From Novakomyces olei (taxonomy: Eukaryota): DNA of 64,000 nt. Positions within the stretch are counted from its first letter, which is position 1; each line of letters opens with the position of its first letter. The notes below the pieces were generated by a model, which made no database searches, was not told the origin of the DNA, and saw only the letters and a list, made by a program, of their open reading frames with translations. The stretch is taken from assembly GCA_016906335.1 (NCBI GenBank), contig JADEYG010000007.1, forward strand, positions 1,736,001-1,800,000, in the 5' to 3' direction. Below, one piece after another: positions 22,201-35,742 of this stretch. The position numbers and the translations under genes were made by a program.

Positions 22201-24388
22201 CTGTGCTATTCGCGCTGGCCGTGGCTGTGCCAGTTAAAGGCAGATTTGAATGCGCAGAATTGCTTGTAGAATCAGAAGACCCCGACAGTTTTTGGGTTAT
22301 CCCCGGTCTATTTGACGATGATGACGACGAATTATTGTCTCTTTCGTAATAAGTTGTTGCTGGGGCAAAAGTTTCGTGGTGCGAGAGAATTGACCGCAGT
22401 TCCGGGAGTCGTTCGAAAAAGGACTGAAGCTGGATTAACGTCAGTCCGGAAATTGAGAAAAATATTTCGCAAAAATCGCGTATTGTATGCTCAGACTCGG
22501 CCAGTAGGTAGCGTAACACGTTACGCGTACAGCGCATATAAGTCATAAAAGGCTGGCTATCTGAGCTCTCAAACTTGTGTGAAATACAGCACACCCGTGT
22601 CTGTAAATCCGACTTTACCCTGCGCAGAAGCGTAGATTTTCCCAGCCCTTCATCTCCTTGCACTAGTAAAACATCACACGTATCATAAGCCGACTGAGGT
22701 CGAGAGTGGCAGGCCGCTCCTTTTCCGGAAAACGAACTTGCTGGACCAGAGACAGTGGCGCTTGAAGCCTTGCTAGAAGTATCATCGTCATCCTGCACGT
22801 CTCCTTCGCCGGTAGACTCGTTTGTTACGTCTTTCGCTCCTCCATTGCTGGATTTTGAACCCGCATCCTGTGTCGCACTAGACCCAGCGTTCAGGTGATT
22901 CAAGGGCAGAGGGATTATAGAGTGTGAGGAGCTCTTACGGTTGTTACATGCCCTAATTATATAATTCACAATCATGCCAATCTCATTATCCCGGCCAACG
23001 AGTATATTTGGCATTGAGAAATTGGAGATCTCGTCAACTAGCCCGAGAGCAAGAGGCTTTTGTAGTGCAGCGTACCCGCCCGAGGAGACACGTGTCCTCA
23101 ACTCGAGCAGATCATTCATAACCCCGAGGAAGCTCTGGTACCTTTTGTTCGGTGATTTTTCCGTCATGAACCAGAGAACTCGAGACAGGACTTCCGGTAA
23201 GTCCTGTCGTAATTTACAAACATCCGGAATCGGTTTAGAAATGGCATTCTGGTATATTTCCAGTGTATCTCCCTCCCAAGGTGCTTTGCCTGTAAGAATA
23301 ACGTAAAAATAAATACCGGTAGAGTAGATATCGGTCCTGTGATCCGGCTGGTACTGAGTGCGGCCCGTCTGCTCCGGACTGAAATATATGCCCATCGATC
23401 CGTGGGACCAGAGATCTGATAGCTTTGAATGCTGAGGCAGCAAAGAAAAGGGCCCAGAGCTATTATTCCCAATATTGAAAAACCGTAATCTGTCCTCCGA
23501 GTCAAAATCAAAGCATCCTGGACGAATAGAGCTATGTAGCTTGTGATGTTGATGAACAAAAGACATGCATTCACAAAAGCGGATAGCGTAATCCAGGAAA
23601 TCTGTCAATTTCAATGGCTCAAAGACTTTGCTCTTGTCCTCGACGTACGTCATTGCGCGTGCCAACGAGTCCGGTGTAGGCGTTCCGTCCACAATATCAT
23701 AGCAATGTGTTTCCGGCAGACCAGTGTTGCTATTGCTTGCAAGTTGAGAATAGTCAGCATGATTCTGGACTTGGTTCTCAATCTCAGTTTCGTATGCATG
23801 ATCAATCATGTTGTCGGCATCACTATCAACTCCATTTATTTGTGGAGAAATAGGTGAGCGACTGTCAAGCAGTGACTGTGACTCGAGGTACTTTAGAGCG
23901 ATACTGGAGACGGCCTTTTGGAAAACGAAAACGGGTTCAGGTATCCTGTACTTTTCCTGAAAACTTCCCTTGTAAAGCGTAACGGCCAGGTTATGTGAAA
24001 ATTCGTAAATGGCAAAAGGCGCCACGAGCAGGTCACGGCCATTTTTTTGCTTACACAAATAATCGAGGGTATACGCTTCCTCCTGAAGAGACGTCAAATC
24101 AAAGGAAACCCGGGCAATAATGCTCTCCTCGGGTTCCGACGAGTCTTTCACAGAAGAAGACGATGACGACGACGGGATAACAAAGGGCGACAGCCGTCGC
24201 CCGGGCCGACTGTTATCTATCGGACGGCCAAAAAAATAAACGACTCGTAGCTGATCAAAAAGCAGTTCTCGCAAACATACAGCTCCAAACTCATAGCCAT
24301 TGATCGATCGGACGGCCTGCAGAGCCTCCAAAACCCCAGCATTGTGGCGGTTGCTTGCAGATAGAACGTCGGGCGGCGGCGGCGGCAT
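16204..24388 (-). CDS. Large hybrid histidine kinase (Ser/Thr-kinase-like, P-loop ATPase, GAF, PAS, HisKA, HATPase, receiver); Chk1/Mak2/Mak3-like, ~4 exons
   Basis: YFSPEQTGRT..DHRTDIYSTG; GDEGLGKST; GAF SFLALPIKHK..VGVLYL; PAS DYLN..VHPDD; FLANMSHELRTP; NLLGNAVKFT, DTGIGI, GGTGLGLSIS; DQHMPVCDG and GMDAYLTKP receiver exons. Confidence 0.92.
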
Positions 24389-25565
24389 TAAGGACAGAAA
24401 AAGTCAAAAATAGCGAGATAAAGAGTTATAAAAACCCGAGTCTAGACAGGATCGTGCAGTGCAGACTACCGTGGCCGCCGGGAAAGAAGCGCAAAAAACA
24501 TTCGAAAAACAAAGATTATATAGGGACAAAGATGGCCGAAGCGGTGCCTCTGCAAACCAACCGTGCGGGCAAGATGTGCTACAAGGGCCGCGCAATAATT
24601 AAATGATTATTCTTACATTTGCTTGTGTATAACACAATAATAATAAAAAAACAAACAATTATTTATGCTTATAAACGAGCTTGTATATACTCTACTCTAC
24701 TATATAATGGACACTTTGTTCACATATACTCGTGCACTCACGCAGTATTATTTTATTGTCTTTTGAGCCGTTAGTGTAGGCACAAGTTTGTGTGCAAAAC
24801 ATTTGTATACTGACGATTATTTCAGTGGAAAGTGCGCGGTTGCGCGGGAACAAATACACTTGTGTACGAATGCGGAATTCCCTTGTAAAAAACAATGTTT
24901 GACGTTACACATACAAATATTTATATCGCAGAGAAAAAACGGAGAAAAGACCAAACGGAGAAAAGACTAATCGGAGAAAAGGCCGCAAGTGGTGGATGTT
25001 TCATTCATTGACGGCAAATTCAGAAACATGTTTATAATACTCTTCAGGCCGGCGAAGCTCAGATTTATGGAATGCACTCCAGCAAAGCACGCATAGCGAA
25101 ATAAGTTTATATTAAAGTGGCCTGCGGGAGTAGGAAGGTTTACTTTTCTGAGCCTATATTGAATTTGTGGGATAGCTGTGTATGTAATAATCATCCGACA
25201 GGTGTGTAAATAGAACCTGCCGAACTTTGAAGTATCCCGACATGAAATTTAGTATACAATAAAACATTTATATGATAATAATGTATGTAGACACAGTTTA
25301 TGCATAGCGCCGCACGGGTAATATACTCACGGGTTCCGTGACTCTAATACGTTTTAATCAGGTACGAGACAATTATCGCTAAGTGTAAACAAAAACAATC
25401 AGGAACATTTACATATAGAAAAGTGCCCTTTTTGTAAGGTACAGGTACAGAGGAGGGTTACATCAACTATGTACATCTTTTCAAACGCCGATATGAATAA
25501 AAAATTTCCGATTAAAAAAATACTTACATCTAAATCTATACAATTAAATTACACAGCGGACCCAG

Positions 25566-27274
25566 CTAAGCAACGTTGTCCTCAATCTTTGAATCCTCTG
25601 AATACTGTTCAGTAATGACCGGAGCAGAGTTGGTAGGCTCCTTGATCCAAAGGAAAAATGGGAAGAAAATCAAAAGGGCGCCCGTAACAAAGCCCCAGTT
25701 GAGAGCAAATTCGAGATTGTAGTTTGTGCCATCAGCGTTGATCTTCCAGGCAATAGCAGCACCAACACCTTGCATGGATTTGTACAGGCCAACGTATCGG
25801 GCAGAAAGTTCATCGTCACCCTTGCCCAGGTACGCGAGTGCCCAGTAAGCCAGGGTTTGCCAGAGCGCATCAAAGACACCATACATAAAGTAAAGCACAA
25901 ATGGGCCAGCGAATTTGAGGCCAGAAGTGCGGATATCAAGCTCGCCGCTTTGGTAATAATAATCAGTGCTCTCACTAAGAGCAGCAGTAGGAGCAGATTT
26001 AAGTTGAAAATCCAATCCACCGCCCCACAGAGCCAGGCTGAACACGAATACCACAATATAAGCACAAATGCCTCTTGTTTTCAAGGTCAGACGTTTGTAG
26101 TCGAGCAGGTATCCAAAAAGTACAGCCGCACCCATTTGAGCCAACCAGTACATCCCGCTGTTAAATGATCGGGTTCGGATATCAAACAAGCGCCCATTAA
26201 CCGTGTTTTGCTGGTAACTGTAAAAGTAATTGGCCATCATAAAGTAGGGGATAGCAACAATGGTCTCTTTGCGTGGGATTATTTTTAAAATACCCAAGAA
26301 ATCCTTGATTACATTTGGTCGCTCGATCGGGATATGGACGCGGCTGCCATCGGTACGGATTACACGTGAAGCCGGTAGCAGGCCGATAGCGAGAATGAAT
26401 CCGACACACATCAAAACAATGAATACAATGTATGTAGCATCACTGACTGTACCAAGAGTCGAATCAAAGTTCAACCCAAACGAAATCATGGAGCCAATCG
26501 TACCACCCAGATTGAAAATAGCCCAAGACAATCCGACGAAACGGCCTTTCTCCGAAGCCAGAGGCATAGCTGTCATAATCGTGCCCTGACCGACCCAAAA
26601 GAAGGAAGCACCGATTCCGAGAATAGCGCCAGTGGCAATAACGAAGCCGCCTAAATGTTAATCTTTGTTCTATTTTGATAAACCTCGTTTTTTGAGAAAA
26701 CCTACTCGACTGGATGTGATTGTATGCCAAAAGAGAGCCGCCATAGAGAGGATATGTTATACCTCCCAGCAGAATAATCCACCGGGGACCGAGGAAAGAA
26801 TATACGACTGGAGCAACGAAAAGATTGCTAACTGCCGAGGCAGCAGTCAATGCAATATTGCCGTTGGCTGCGACTGAAGTGTCCAGCTGGCCTGAGCCGC
26901 CCATTCCACTGAGAGCATTGTAGAGACCGGGACAGAGAAAGGCCTAGAGTTAGGTACTCATGGCAGACAGGAGACACAATGGCTATATGACAATGTAATG
27001 CTTCATACACATTAAATGTATGCCATAGACATGATGGTATAGACGCAAACTAAACACAAATGCATAATCATGATCAAAACAGAAAACAAAAACAAAATTG
27101 CCTTACAACAAAGGAGACAAGAACGACTTGCGTAAGAGGAGAAGTATAGCGCCACGGCGATTTGTACTTTGGATCAATGTTGATTACAGTCTCAGCAATG
27201 GGGCCGTCTTCGCCTCCAGTTGCGTCGACTTGTATTTCCTGCTTGTCGCTGGTGGAGGTCTGTAGGGGCGTCAT
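25566..27274 (-). CDS. UNC93-like (DUF895) MFS transporter, spliced
   Basis: SPLTQVVLVSFV/AFLCPGLYNALSGMGG, FFWVGQGTIMTAMP..EKGRFVG..WAIFNLGG; multiple TM segments. Confidence 0.85.
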
Positions 27275-29278
27275 TTGCTAATACTCTGGTGCTGTTGCTG
27301 TTGCAGATAGTAGCGAAGGTCTGCACAAAGTCAGTACAAGTCTTTTACAATAATCCTTTGTATTCACTTCAATTTAAGACAAATAGCAGTCCCGGTCTCG
27401 TCCACTTACCTTGTTTCTAATTAGAGTTCAAGTGGCAATGTCTTAGCCGCGACACGTCGACAGTGTGCCGAGGAACCCGCAATTGATTGAGAGAGAAGCG
27501 GAATAATAAGCGAAAAGCTTTTCTCGAAATGCACAAATATAAGCGAGACGTTCGCCGGTGTTCCTAACTAAAGTAGCTTCCCCCACAATCTCAAAGCTGC
27601 TTAGGAATGTCTGAAACCCATGTGCCGCGCAGCTTTGTACTTATATACACCATCAGAATAATATAGATTTTCCCCCCTATCTGAGATAACGACAGTGCAA
27701 CCCGCGGTCAGGTTGCACACACTATTAAAAGGTGGAGAGATAGGGATAAATTTTGTGTATAAAGAGCAAAGAAAACCAGGCGATAATAAGCGGCATCCTA
27801 CAAGAGAATGAAAAATACGCTAGAAAACAGATCGCCAAAAGAAAAATATCGTATTACTCGGCCAATGTTACACAACGGTAGATGGAGTGCATTTAGAGAA
27901 AATAAATCCCGGATGTATGGTTGGCTGTACGGCTATTTTTTGTGTAACGCATCTTAGGAACAATAGGTTACACAAGACGTGGAACGTTTTGCCGTCTTTC
28001 GGTACACGGTAGATGTACACGCAATAAAATTGGGAAAAGGTGGGGCAACGTGGTTCGAAAAAGGCGGCTATTACCGCTGTTTGATGGACGAGATCTATGT
28101 AACGACACCATTTCTGCTGTGGATGGAAAAAAGATGAAGAGCAATAGTTGATGCTATTGAGATTTCTTACCGAGGCGGACTAAAAAAGTCCTGTTTTGCG
28201 TGTAACTAGTTATTAAGCTCCAAGTTTTTAAACAAAAGGGTATGGCTCGTTGCAATGCTTTATGCAATTAGCCTATACATTATTGATTCTGCAAGTACTA
28301 GTAAATATATAGCCGAATACTTCCAACTAGCTCCGTGGAGGCTAACCCGAAAAACACATTGATCGACGAATCAAATTGCTCAAATATGGATTTACTAAAA
28401 GCATGGCAACTTCCCACGACGTGCGACGACGCTTGGTATGATAATTGAAGCGGAGCAATGCAATAGATATACTGCCAGACTAATCGTGTTACCTGCTTCC
28501 CAACTGCCGGTACCTTGCGCTGCCCATTATGGAATAGTGATTCCTTTATCACGCCTCTACCCAAAGCTAGTGTTCTCATACAAAATTCGCCGCTAGCTCG
28601 AGATAAGCTCGAGATAAGTATACGTTGACAAATTCTTATTGTAAAGCAAATAAGTAGGACAAGCCTGGTATTATGACCTCGTAACAAGTCAGACGTTACA
28701 GAATAATAAGATTACAAGTACTGTATATTAAAATATGAATGGTATTGTTGTGTAACCGCAGATAAAAGTCAGATAATGGAATTTTCTTGTTCAAAATAAA
28801 TTATGCTGAAAAATAGCACACTATTCGGTGGCATTTTCTGTACTTTGTATGAAGAATGAATTACTTGCTGAGAAGCAAAGTAACTAGGTTTTATCTGCTA
28901 CGCGGAATGCCTCTAAAATAATCTACTACTTTTGAACCCACTAATTATTATTTCTATCTGGTTTAGCATTAAATAATACAAATATTGATGGTTTTTCCAG
29001 CGTAAAACTACGCCTACGTGTTGCGTGCAGGTTACAGCGCACCATATTAAACGTTTTATTTGTTCCCCAATAAAAAGATTAATATTCAGTAGAGGGTTTA
29101 TTTTACTATCTGCACACAAGCTGACTCGATGACATTATGCGTGCGGCAAATAGCAGGCAGGTTACACAAGATGGCCACAAGCGAAATGCCATTTGATGGA
29201 GCATCAATTCCGAAAAATGGGAGACGGAGAATAAATGATCGATAAGCGTATGATGCGTATTGCCTACGCTCTACACGA

Positions 29279-32189
29279 ATGCCTTTGCTTCCTGTAAAAA
29301 GGGCTAGAATCGCTCTCCTGGCAATTCCCCTGCTCGCCATCATTGCGGCAGTATGGAGGGTTTCAGCCGACCCCGCAATAGAGCTGAATGCGCTTATCAA
29401 GCAATTGTCCATCGCCGTTCCTATTTCCCCAATTTTTAATAACAAAGGCTTCAATGGCAATTTCGATGGATTTGGCCGAGGTTTCCCTCTTTCAGAGATA
29501 AAAGAAAACACCAGGCCTTTAATTGTCAGCCATCGAGTAGCTGTAAGTGATTTTCGCGGCATATTTAATGCTTTAACGTCTATTGGGTTCACTTTGTCTT
29601 ACAGACTAATAATCAAATTTTCAATTAATATTTACAAACTAATAATTACTAGTTTGATCTTGATCTGTCTGGCGAATACGACAACGTCATTTCTTCCGGC
29701 CAAAGAGTACCTTTACCATCGCCTGTAAGGGCTACAAGTATTGAAATACTCAGTTCTGCAGAAAGCACTTTTACAGGATTCGTTGGTGTATGGTACGAAG
29801 ACGGGACTTTTGAAAATTTGGCAATTTTGGTTCCTGCATGGCAAAACTTTCCTTACCCTCCTCGCGGCGAAGTCAATTTCCCGTATTTTCTACACAAGGA
29901 TTCAAGTCGAGAGTATAATTCGTCTCATATTTTTGCATGGAGTGGTCCCGTTGACACGAATAAGGCTATTATTGCCCTGACCCTACCAGGCTCACCGCTT
30001 CAAGATCCGGGAATTGAGCATGCACAGTCTCAGTTCAAAGAACATAGTAATGATTTAATCGGAGACCCACAAATGGGTCCAAATACCTTCTCTGTCCCAG
30101 GACAATCGTCACACAAACTGGGCAACTCACTCCATATATTTGCTATTTCACTACTAGAAAGCAATTATCGCGATGCCAAAGTGCGATTAGTCGAAGCGGC
30201 TTCTACTACCAAGTGGATTACAGTGGGCAACTTACAAGCACAGCTAATAGAGTGCAGAATTATCAATACTCAACCCTGGTCAGAGCAACAGCCCGAGCGA
30301 AACTTTGTTCTAAAGCAGGATAATGTGCAGATCAGTATTGAATCCGAGCTTGTGGCCACAGTTTTGCCGGCTAGAATAACCCGTCTTTCTCCTGGAGAAG
30401 AAATAACTGTGAGTGTCGCAGTCGTAAACAAGAAAGGCATTGATCCTGGAGCCGTTGGCTCGGCGGGTATAAAAATCACATCATCATCAAAGCTATATAA
30501 AAGCCATATTCTGGCAAATTTTGAAATCACCGCAGGAATTCCCGAATGGAAGAGCACTCAAGAATCTTCTTTAGCTTCCCACTCGGCACCAAACTGGTTT
30601 GACGAATCAAAGTTTGGCATATTTATTCATTGGGGCCCGTACTCAGTGCCCGGCTGGGCTCCCACAGGAAAACAATATGCAGAATGGTACTGGTGGGATC
30701 AGCACGTGCCTCAGAACGCAAGCAGTCCAACATGGGAGTATCATCGTAATGTTTGGGGAAAAGATTTTGTTTACGACGACTTTTTTCCGCTTTTTGATGG
30801 CAGCAAATTCAGTGCAGATGATTGGCTGAGCCTGATTTCGGATGCAGGAGCCAAATATTTTGTATTTACCACTAAACATCATGATGGATTTGCATTGTTT
30901 GACACTGGAGTTTCGAGTAATCGATCGTCTTTGCATCTATCCCCAGGAGGACATGATTATTTAAACGAACTGTTTTCGACTGCAAGCTTGAAATTCCCAC
31001 ATTTGCATCGTGGAACTTATTTTTCTTTACCAGAATGGTTTCACCCAGACTATGAGCCGTATGGGTTTGGGCCAGATTGGGAGGTGGTTAATGGCCTGCT
31101 CGTTCGATACAATTGGGTATGATTGCGTACATTGATAATAGACCTCTTTTTTTTTGTGAAAGTAAAATTGGAAATGGACGCTAATTTAATTTAATCTAAT
31201 TCCAATTTTATTCGACTATAATTCAATTTGTTTATTTCTCATCAGACTAATCTCAGCCTGGCGGTATTGCAAAAAACGCTTACGATCCCAGTCAAATTGA
31301 GCCTTATACGGGATACGTTCGCGTAAATGACTTTGTTGATGATGTCATCCTTGAACAGATGCGCATCCTTGCGTATGAATACAAAAGTGAAATTATGTGG
31401 TGTGATATTGGTGGGCCTAATCGCACTCACGACTTCGTTGCAGAATGGTATAATAAAGCTAAAGCAGACAATCGGCAGGTCGTCATAAACGATCGTTGTG
31501 GAATCGTGGAAAGCGATATTGAAACACCAGAATACGCTCAGTACCCGAGTGTAAGACGGAGAAAGTGGGAGTCTAATTCGGGAGTCGATCCCTTTAGTTA
31601 TGGATACAATCGTGATACCCCGCCAGAGGGTTATTTGTCGAGTGAGACTTTGGTTCAAAGACTCGTTGATATTGTAGCAAAAGGCGGCAATTTTTTGCTC
31701 GATATTGGGCCCGATGGCCAGGGAAGTGTTCCCGAGGCTCAGGCACAAAGGCTGCGTGAAATTGGTGCTTGGTTACGGTATAATGGGGAAGCAATTTATA
31801 ATTCGCAGCCATGGTCTCTAGCGGCAGAGGATGGAGACGACATACGATTTACTCGCAAGGAAAGTGCACTTTATATAATTTTTTTCAAACGTCCTGGGCT
31901 AAAGACGATTGTTCCTTCTGTTCGGGTGCCAATATTACACGGATATGATACTGTAGAGTACTTAGCGACCAATGGCGGCAGTGTGCAGGTGCCCTTTAAT
32001 CTGCAGGAAAATAGGAGACTTGAACTGGATACTGTGGAGATTGCCGGGCTGGGAATCCACGCATGGACTTTTCGCATTTGTTTTGGTTGCGCTACTAATA
32101 CAAGTAGTCCTGCGGAAGGCATGGCGGTATGGCAGTCGATGTTGAGTATGGTCGGCCAGGAACTCTGGTCGGAAAAGAGTGTTGCTTAA
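29279..32189 (+). CDS. Secreted alpha-L-fucosidase (GH29) with N-terminal extension, spliced
   Basis: Hydrophobic N-terminus; WFDESKFGIFIHWGPYSVP, FTTKHHDGFALF, IMWCDIGG, INDRCG, LVDIVAKGGNFLLDIGP, NGEAIY; introns near 29543-29652 and ~31085-31257. Confidence 0.92.
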
Positions 32190-33447
32190 TAAATTCGACA
32201 GCTATGCTGCAGTGAGAAATGTTTGACATTATATTCTTTTGACTAGAAGGTCTATCAATAATGTATATGTATTTAGTAAAGCTTACATGTTTAATCCTCA
32301 TATATTAAACTTACATGTGGGATACAACGTAATCTATAAGGCTCTCTAAACATAGCGCGAGTGTCATAAAGAATATGTTAAAATTATTAATGTAAATATT
32401 GTTGGATAGATTGTTCGAACGGATAATATTAATAATCCTCCTACAGTAAAAAGACAGTGAAATCCCCCTAAGGTCAAAGGGATTCAACATCCATGGATAC
32501 ATATATTCACATCCAGAAAGTAGGTAAGTAAATACGAGGTAGAGACAGATCGTGATAGTTTCAAATTAGGCTAAAGGAATGAGAGTATTTAGAAAAGTAG
32601 ATATATAAGTTGACAGAGTCCAAATTTCAACATATTTATTATTTATTATTTATTATGAACCCTTTTCACGTCCAATAATCATCCCTTAAACCATTAGTTC
32701 GTTAGTTTGTTATTCAGTTCGTTGTCTGACCCTTGAATTCATTACATGGTAAAGAGAAGTCATATTGATTATTAGCAAAGAGAAACTAGAATTCAAAACA
32801 ATTTGTTATCTACGAAATAATACATATTGCCGGTGGTACTGACTCGAATGCACCTTTTGACCGTAATTACAAACAACCAAACGAAATGTAACATTAAAAT
32901 TCATCCATAAAATATGTATAGAAGAATATATTCCTCACTAAAAAGGCTTTATGCATATTGTTTACTTGGAATAAAATAATATATATTTGGACGATCCCGA
33001 TCACCAAAGAATCCGACAGCGAGCGTCGGGATGTCCGACAGCCCACACAGGAAGCTACACCAAAAGTAGAAAATCGCCATTTGCACGTGACCTGTCAGCT
33101 CCCTTCGAGCCCGGGATTGTCCGAGGTGCCTGCCATGGTCATCGATCGACATCAAGATCACGTGCTTTTTCCATCGAAAGAATCCGATTTGACTGTTCAA
33201 AGAATCGGATTTGACTGTTCTGAGAGCACCTTTACGGTCACTGGACTAGTATATATTTAAACTGTAAATCGCCCACTCAAATAGCTAGACAAGTTGAGTT
33301 TACAATAATTAAATGACAATAATAATTCTTATTATATTGTTAATTAAATATTTATCAATTATTAATCTTAATATTTTTACATATACATACAAATGTTACA
33401 TTTAATGTGCTACTGAAAACACAAGGATATCATGCAAGGCTCCGCCA

Positions 33448-35742
33448 TCAATCGAACGAAGCTAATAAGGGTTTCAGCACCTGCGCCTGTTGCCGAGCAA
33501 ACTCCCATGAATACAAATCTTGCAGCCGCTCAATAGCGCAGGCAATAGCTGCCCGAGGCTTTAAAATTCCATCTTTAAGAGCATCTGGCCCCGCTGATCG
33601 GATTGTGCCACAGTACCGCTGTGCTTCCTGAGTCTTGTCGGTCATAATTGCCTCCTGCTGGCTAGGTGCAGCAGGAAAGAACCGCCAATAGCACCATAAA
33701 ACAAGGACAGACGCGTAAATGCACCAACCTAAATGCAGCGGGTTATCCGGCTGAACTTCATCAAATATTTGGTGTAACAAGCTCGCACTGTGCCAAACAG
33801 CATTTCGAGCGTGCGCAACATGAACCCAGTTTTGTATCGCATTTGCACTGGCAACATAATCATCTCGGCCAACGCGTTGGCCTTGCACAAGAGCAGATCC
33901 GGCAAAGATTTGCACGTCTTTTAAATTGACATTGAGAGCAATTTGAGCAAAATGAAAAGTAGCAACACTCGCACAAACACGATCGAGCATTAGATCAGGA
34001 GCAATTCGCTCTACAAAATACGTCTGCCATTGCATATAAGCTTTTTGCATTGTAGTATTTTGATCCAAGTGCAGGAGTTGCTTATGACTGCTACTGTTAC
34101 TGCCCAATTGGTGCACGTGACCTCCCACGGAAACGAGTCCATAAAGGACAAGAAGGGCAGTGAGACGCGTAATTCGAAACGCGGGTAGGACGAGATTGTC
34201 TTGGTGCAGGAACGCGTTGAGTGTAGCAATGAATTCTACCGGTGGAACATCTCCTTGGAACTGTCCTGCCCAATCAGGGAACTCGGCATCCCACAACGCG
34301 TCAGTACATGGAGTATGCAACCGCAGGTCCAACACGTCCAAGCAAGGGGCTGTACCGTAAATGGCAGACTGCAACATGTCAACTCCGAAAGCGTGAAAGG
34401 CCAATCGCTTACGTAATTCGTGCTCAACCCACGCTCGATACTCACCAACACTGGTAGTGATAACAACGTGGATTGGAGGCAAAGCCAAGCAATGACATTG
34501 TCTCAACAAACCCACAAAAAGACCGTGGAAAACGTGGATCATTTCGTTGTTGCCAGCACTGCGAAAGAGGCCATAAATGTCCAGAAAAAAAAGGGTTTGT
34601 ACAATCCACAGAGGCGAGACAGTATTGAAATTTGTTTGAGCAAGAGCAGTAGATCGTAATCGGTCTACAATTGCCCCTGCTTGCTCACTGATCCATTGCT
34701 CATTCGCATAACTAGCACCGATAAGGAGAATTGCATAAAGTAGGGGCGTGGGAGTCGACGCCACGTGAAACGTCGGTTTGTGCAAAATAGGGTAAACACG
34801 GTGAAATCGTGACCAAAAATTGCCCCACCATTCATATAAATGATCGGCAGTTACTTGGGCGTCGAACAGAGTAAGGCGCTCACGTAATTGCCATGCAATA
34901 CTGTCCACGTGAACTTCGGAAGGTAATTGTGGGTCTTCTATTGTTGCAGCTGCCGCGGCGGTAGCTGCCCAGTCCGGTGCAAGATTGAAAAAGGCCGCGT
35001 CGTCCGCAACATTATAATTCCCAGAATTATAACTATTGTTAATATTATTATTATTTTCTAGAGAACTATTATTCTCGTTGCTCCCTGCTTCTGAATGCAC
35101 AATTGACGGCCGATGGCCCTGGATTTGCGTGACCACACCCGGCGATGAAGCCGATTGTGGAATAGTCGATAAAAGTGTGGATAAAGGCTTCATCTCCGTC
35201 GCCTTTTCCATAGAAGAGGATGATTCACGTGATAAATTCAAGTCAGTTTCCTGCTCTTGACCTGAATGAACATTGTAAATATCGGCAGCAGCATCCCTTC
35301 TTGCTTGTCGAATAGAAAGTGGAGTATTAGATTCGTCTAAAGAAGCAGTAGACGAGGTACTGCCAGGGCCAACCAGAATAAATCCCGGTTCAGGTTCTGA
35401 AGATGCGTTTACGAACGAAGCATTTGGCGATGCATTGCTGTTGGTTAATCTTTGTACACTTTGTGAACTTTGTGGGCTCTGTGGAGTCTGGAAACCTGAA
35501 CTCTGTGAAGTTTGTTGGAATATTGCAAATGCCTCTGGGTGCTGACGACGTTCGTGTTTGCGCATTAAATCAGAACGGACAAAGGCACGACCACAAAGGC
35601 GACATACATGATCTCGATGACCGCTGTGATTAAGTTCGTGTCTTCGTAAATGCTCACATCTAAGAAACCTCTTTGTGCAATTAGGATGACGGCATCCGTA
35701 GCGGCCATCCGGTCCCAGTACAAAGTCTTTTGATCCAGGCAT
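33448..35742 (-). CDS. C2H2 zinc-finger transcription factor with fungal-specific TF domain
   Basis: Two N-terminal C2H2 fingers (CRHPNC..HELNH; CRLC..HERRQH); FHRVYPILHKPTF..LLYAILLIGA; ELRKRLAF. Confidence 0.9.
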   Translation of the reverse strand: MPGSKDFVLGPDGRYGCRHPNCTKRFLRCEHLRRHELNHSGHRDHVCRLCGRAFVRSDLMRKHERRQHPEAFAIFQQTSQSSGFQTPQSPQSSQSVQRLTNSNASPNASFVNASSEPEPGFILVGPGSTSSTASLDESNTPLSIRQARRDAAADIYNVHSGQEQETDLNLSRESSSSMEKATEMKPLSTLLSTIPQSASSPGVVTQIQGHRPSIVHSEAGSNENNSSLENNNNINNSYNSGNYNVADDAAFFNLAPDWAATAAAAATIEDPQLPSEVHVDSIAWQLRERLTLFDAQVTADHLYEWWGNFWSRFHRVYPILHKPTFHVASTPTPLLYAILLIGASYANEQWISEQAGAIVDRLRSTALAQTNFNTVSPLWIVQTLFFLDIYGLFRSAGNNEMIHVFHGLFVGLLRQCHCLALPPIHVVITTSVGEYRAWVEHELRKRLAFHAFGVDMLQSAIYGTAPCLDVLDLRLHTPCTDALWDAEFPDWAGQFQGDVPPVEFIATLNAFLHQDNLVLPAFRITRLTALLVLYGLVSVGGHVHQLGSNSSSHKQLLHLDQNTTMQKAYMQWQTYFVERIAPDLMLDRVCASVATFHFAQIALNVNLKDVQIFAGSALVQGQRVGRDDYVASANAIQNWVHVAHARNAVWHSASLLHQIFDEVQPDNPLHLGWCIYASVLVLWCYWRFFPAAPSQQEAIMTDKTQEAQRYCGTIRSAGPDALKDGILKPRAAIACAIERLQDLYSWEFARQQAQVLKPLLASFD

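Noticed and set aside
28298-28687. 129-aa ORF in the transporter-fucosidase intergenic region
   Set aside because: Non-ATG start and no recognisable motif; possibly decayed coding DNA, but unsupported
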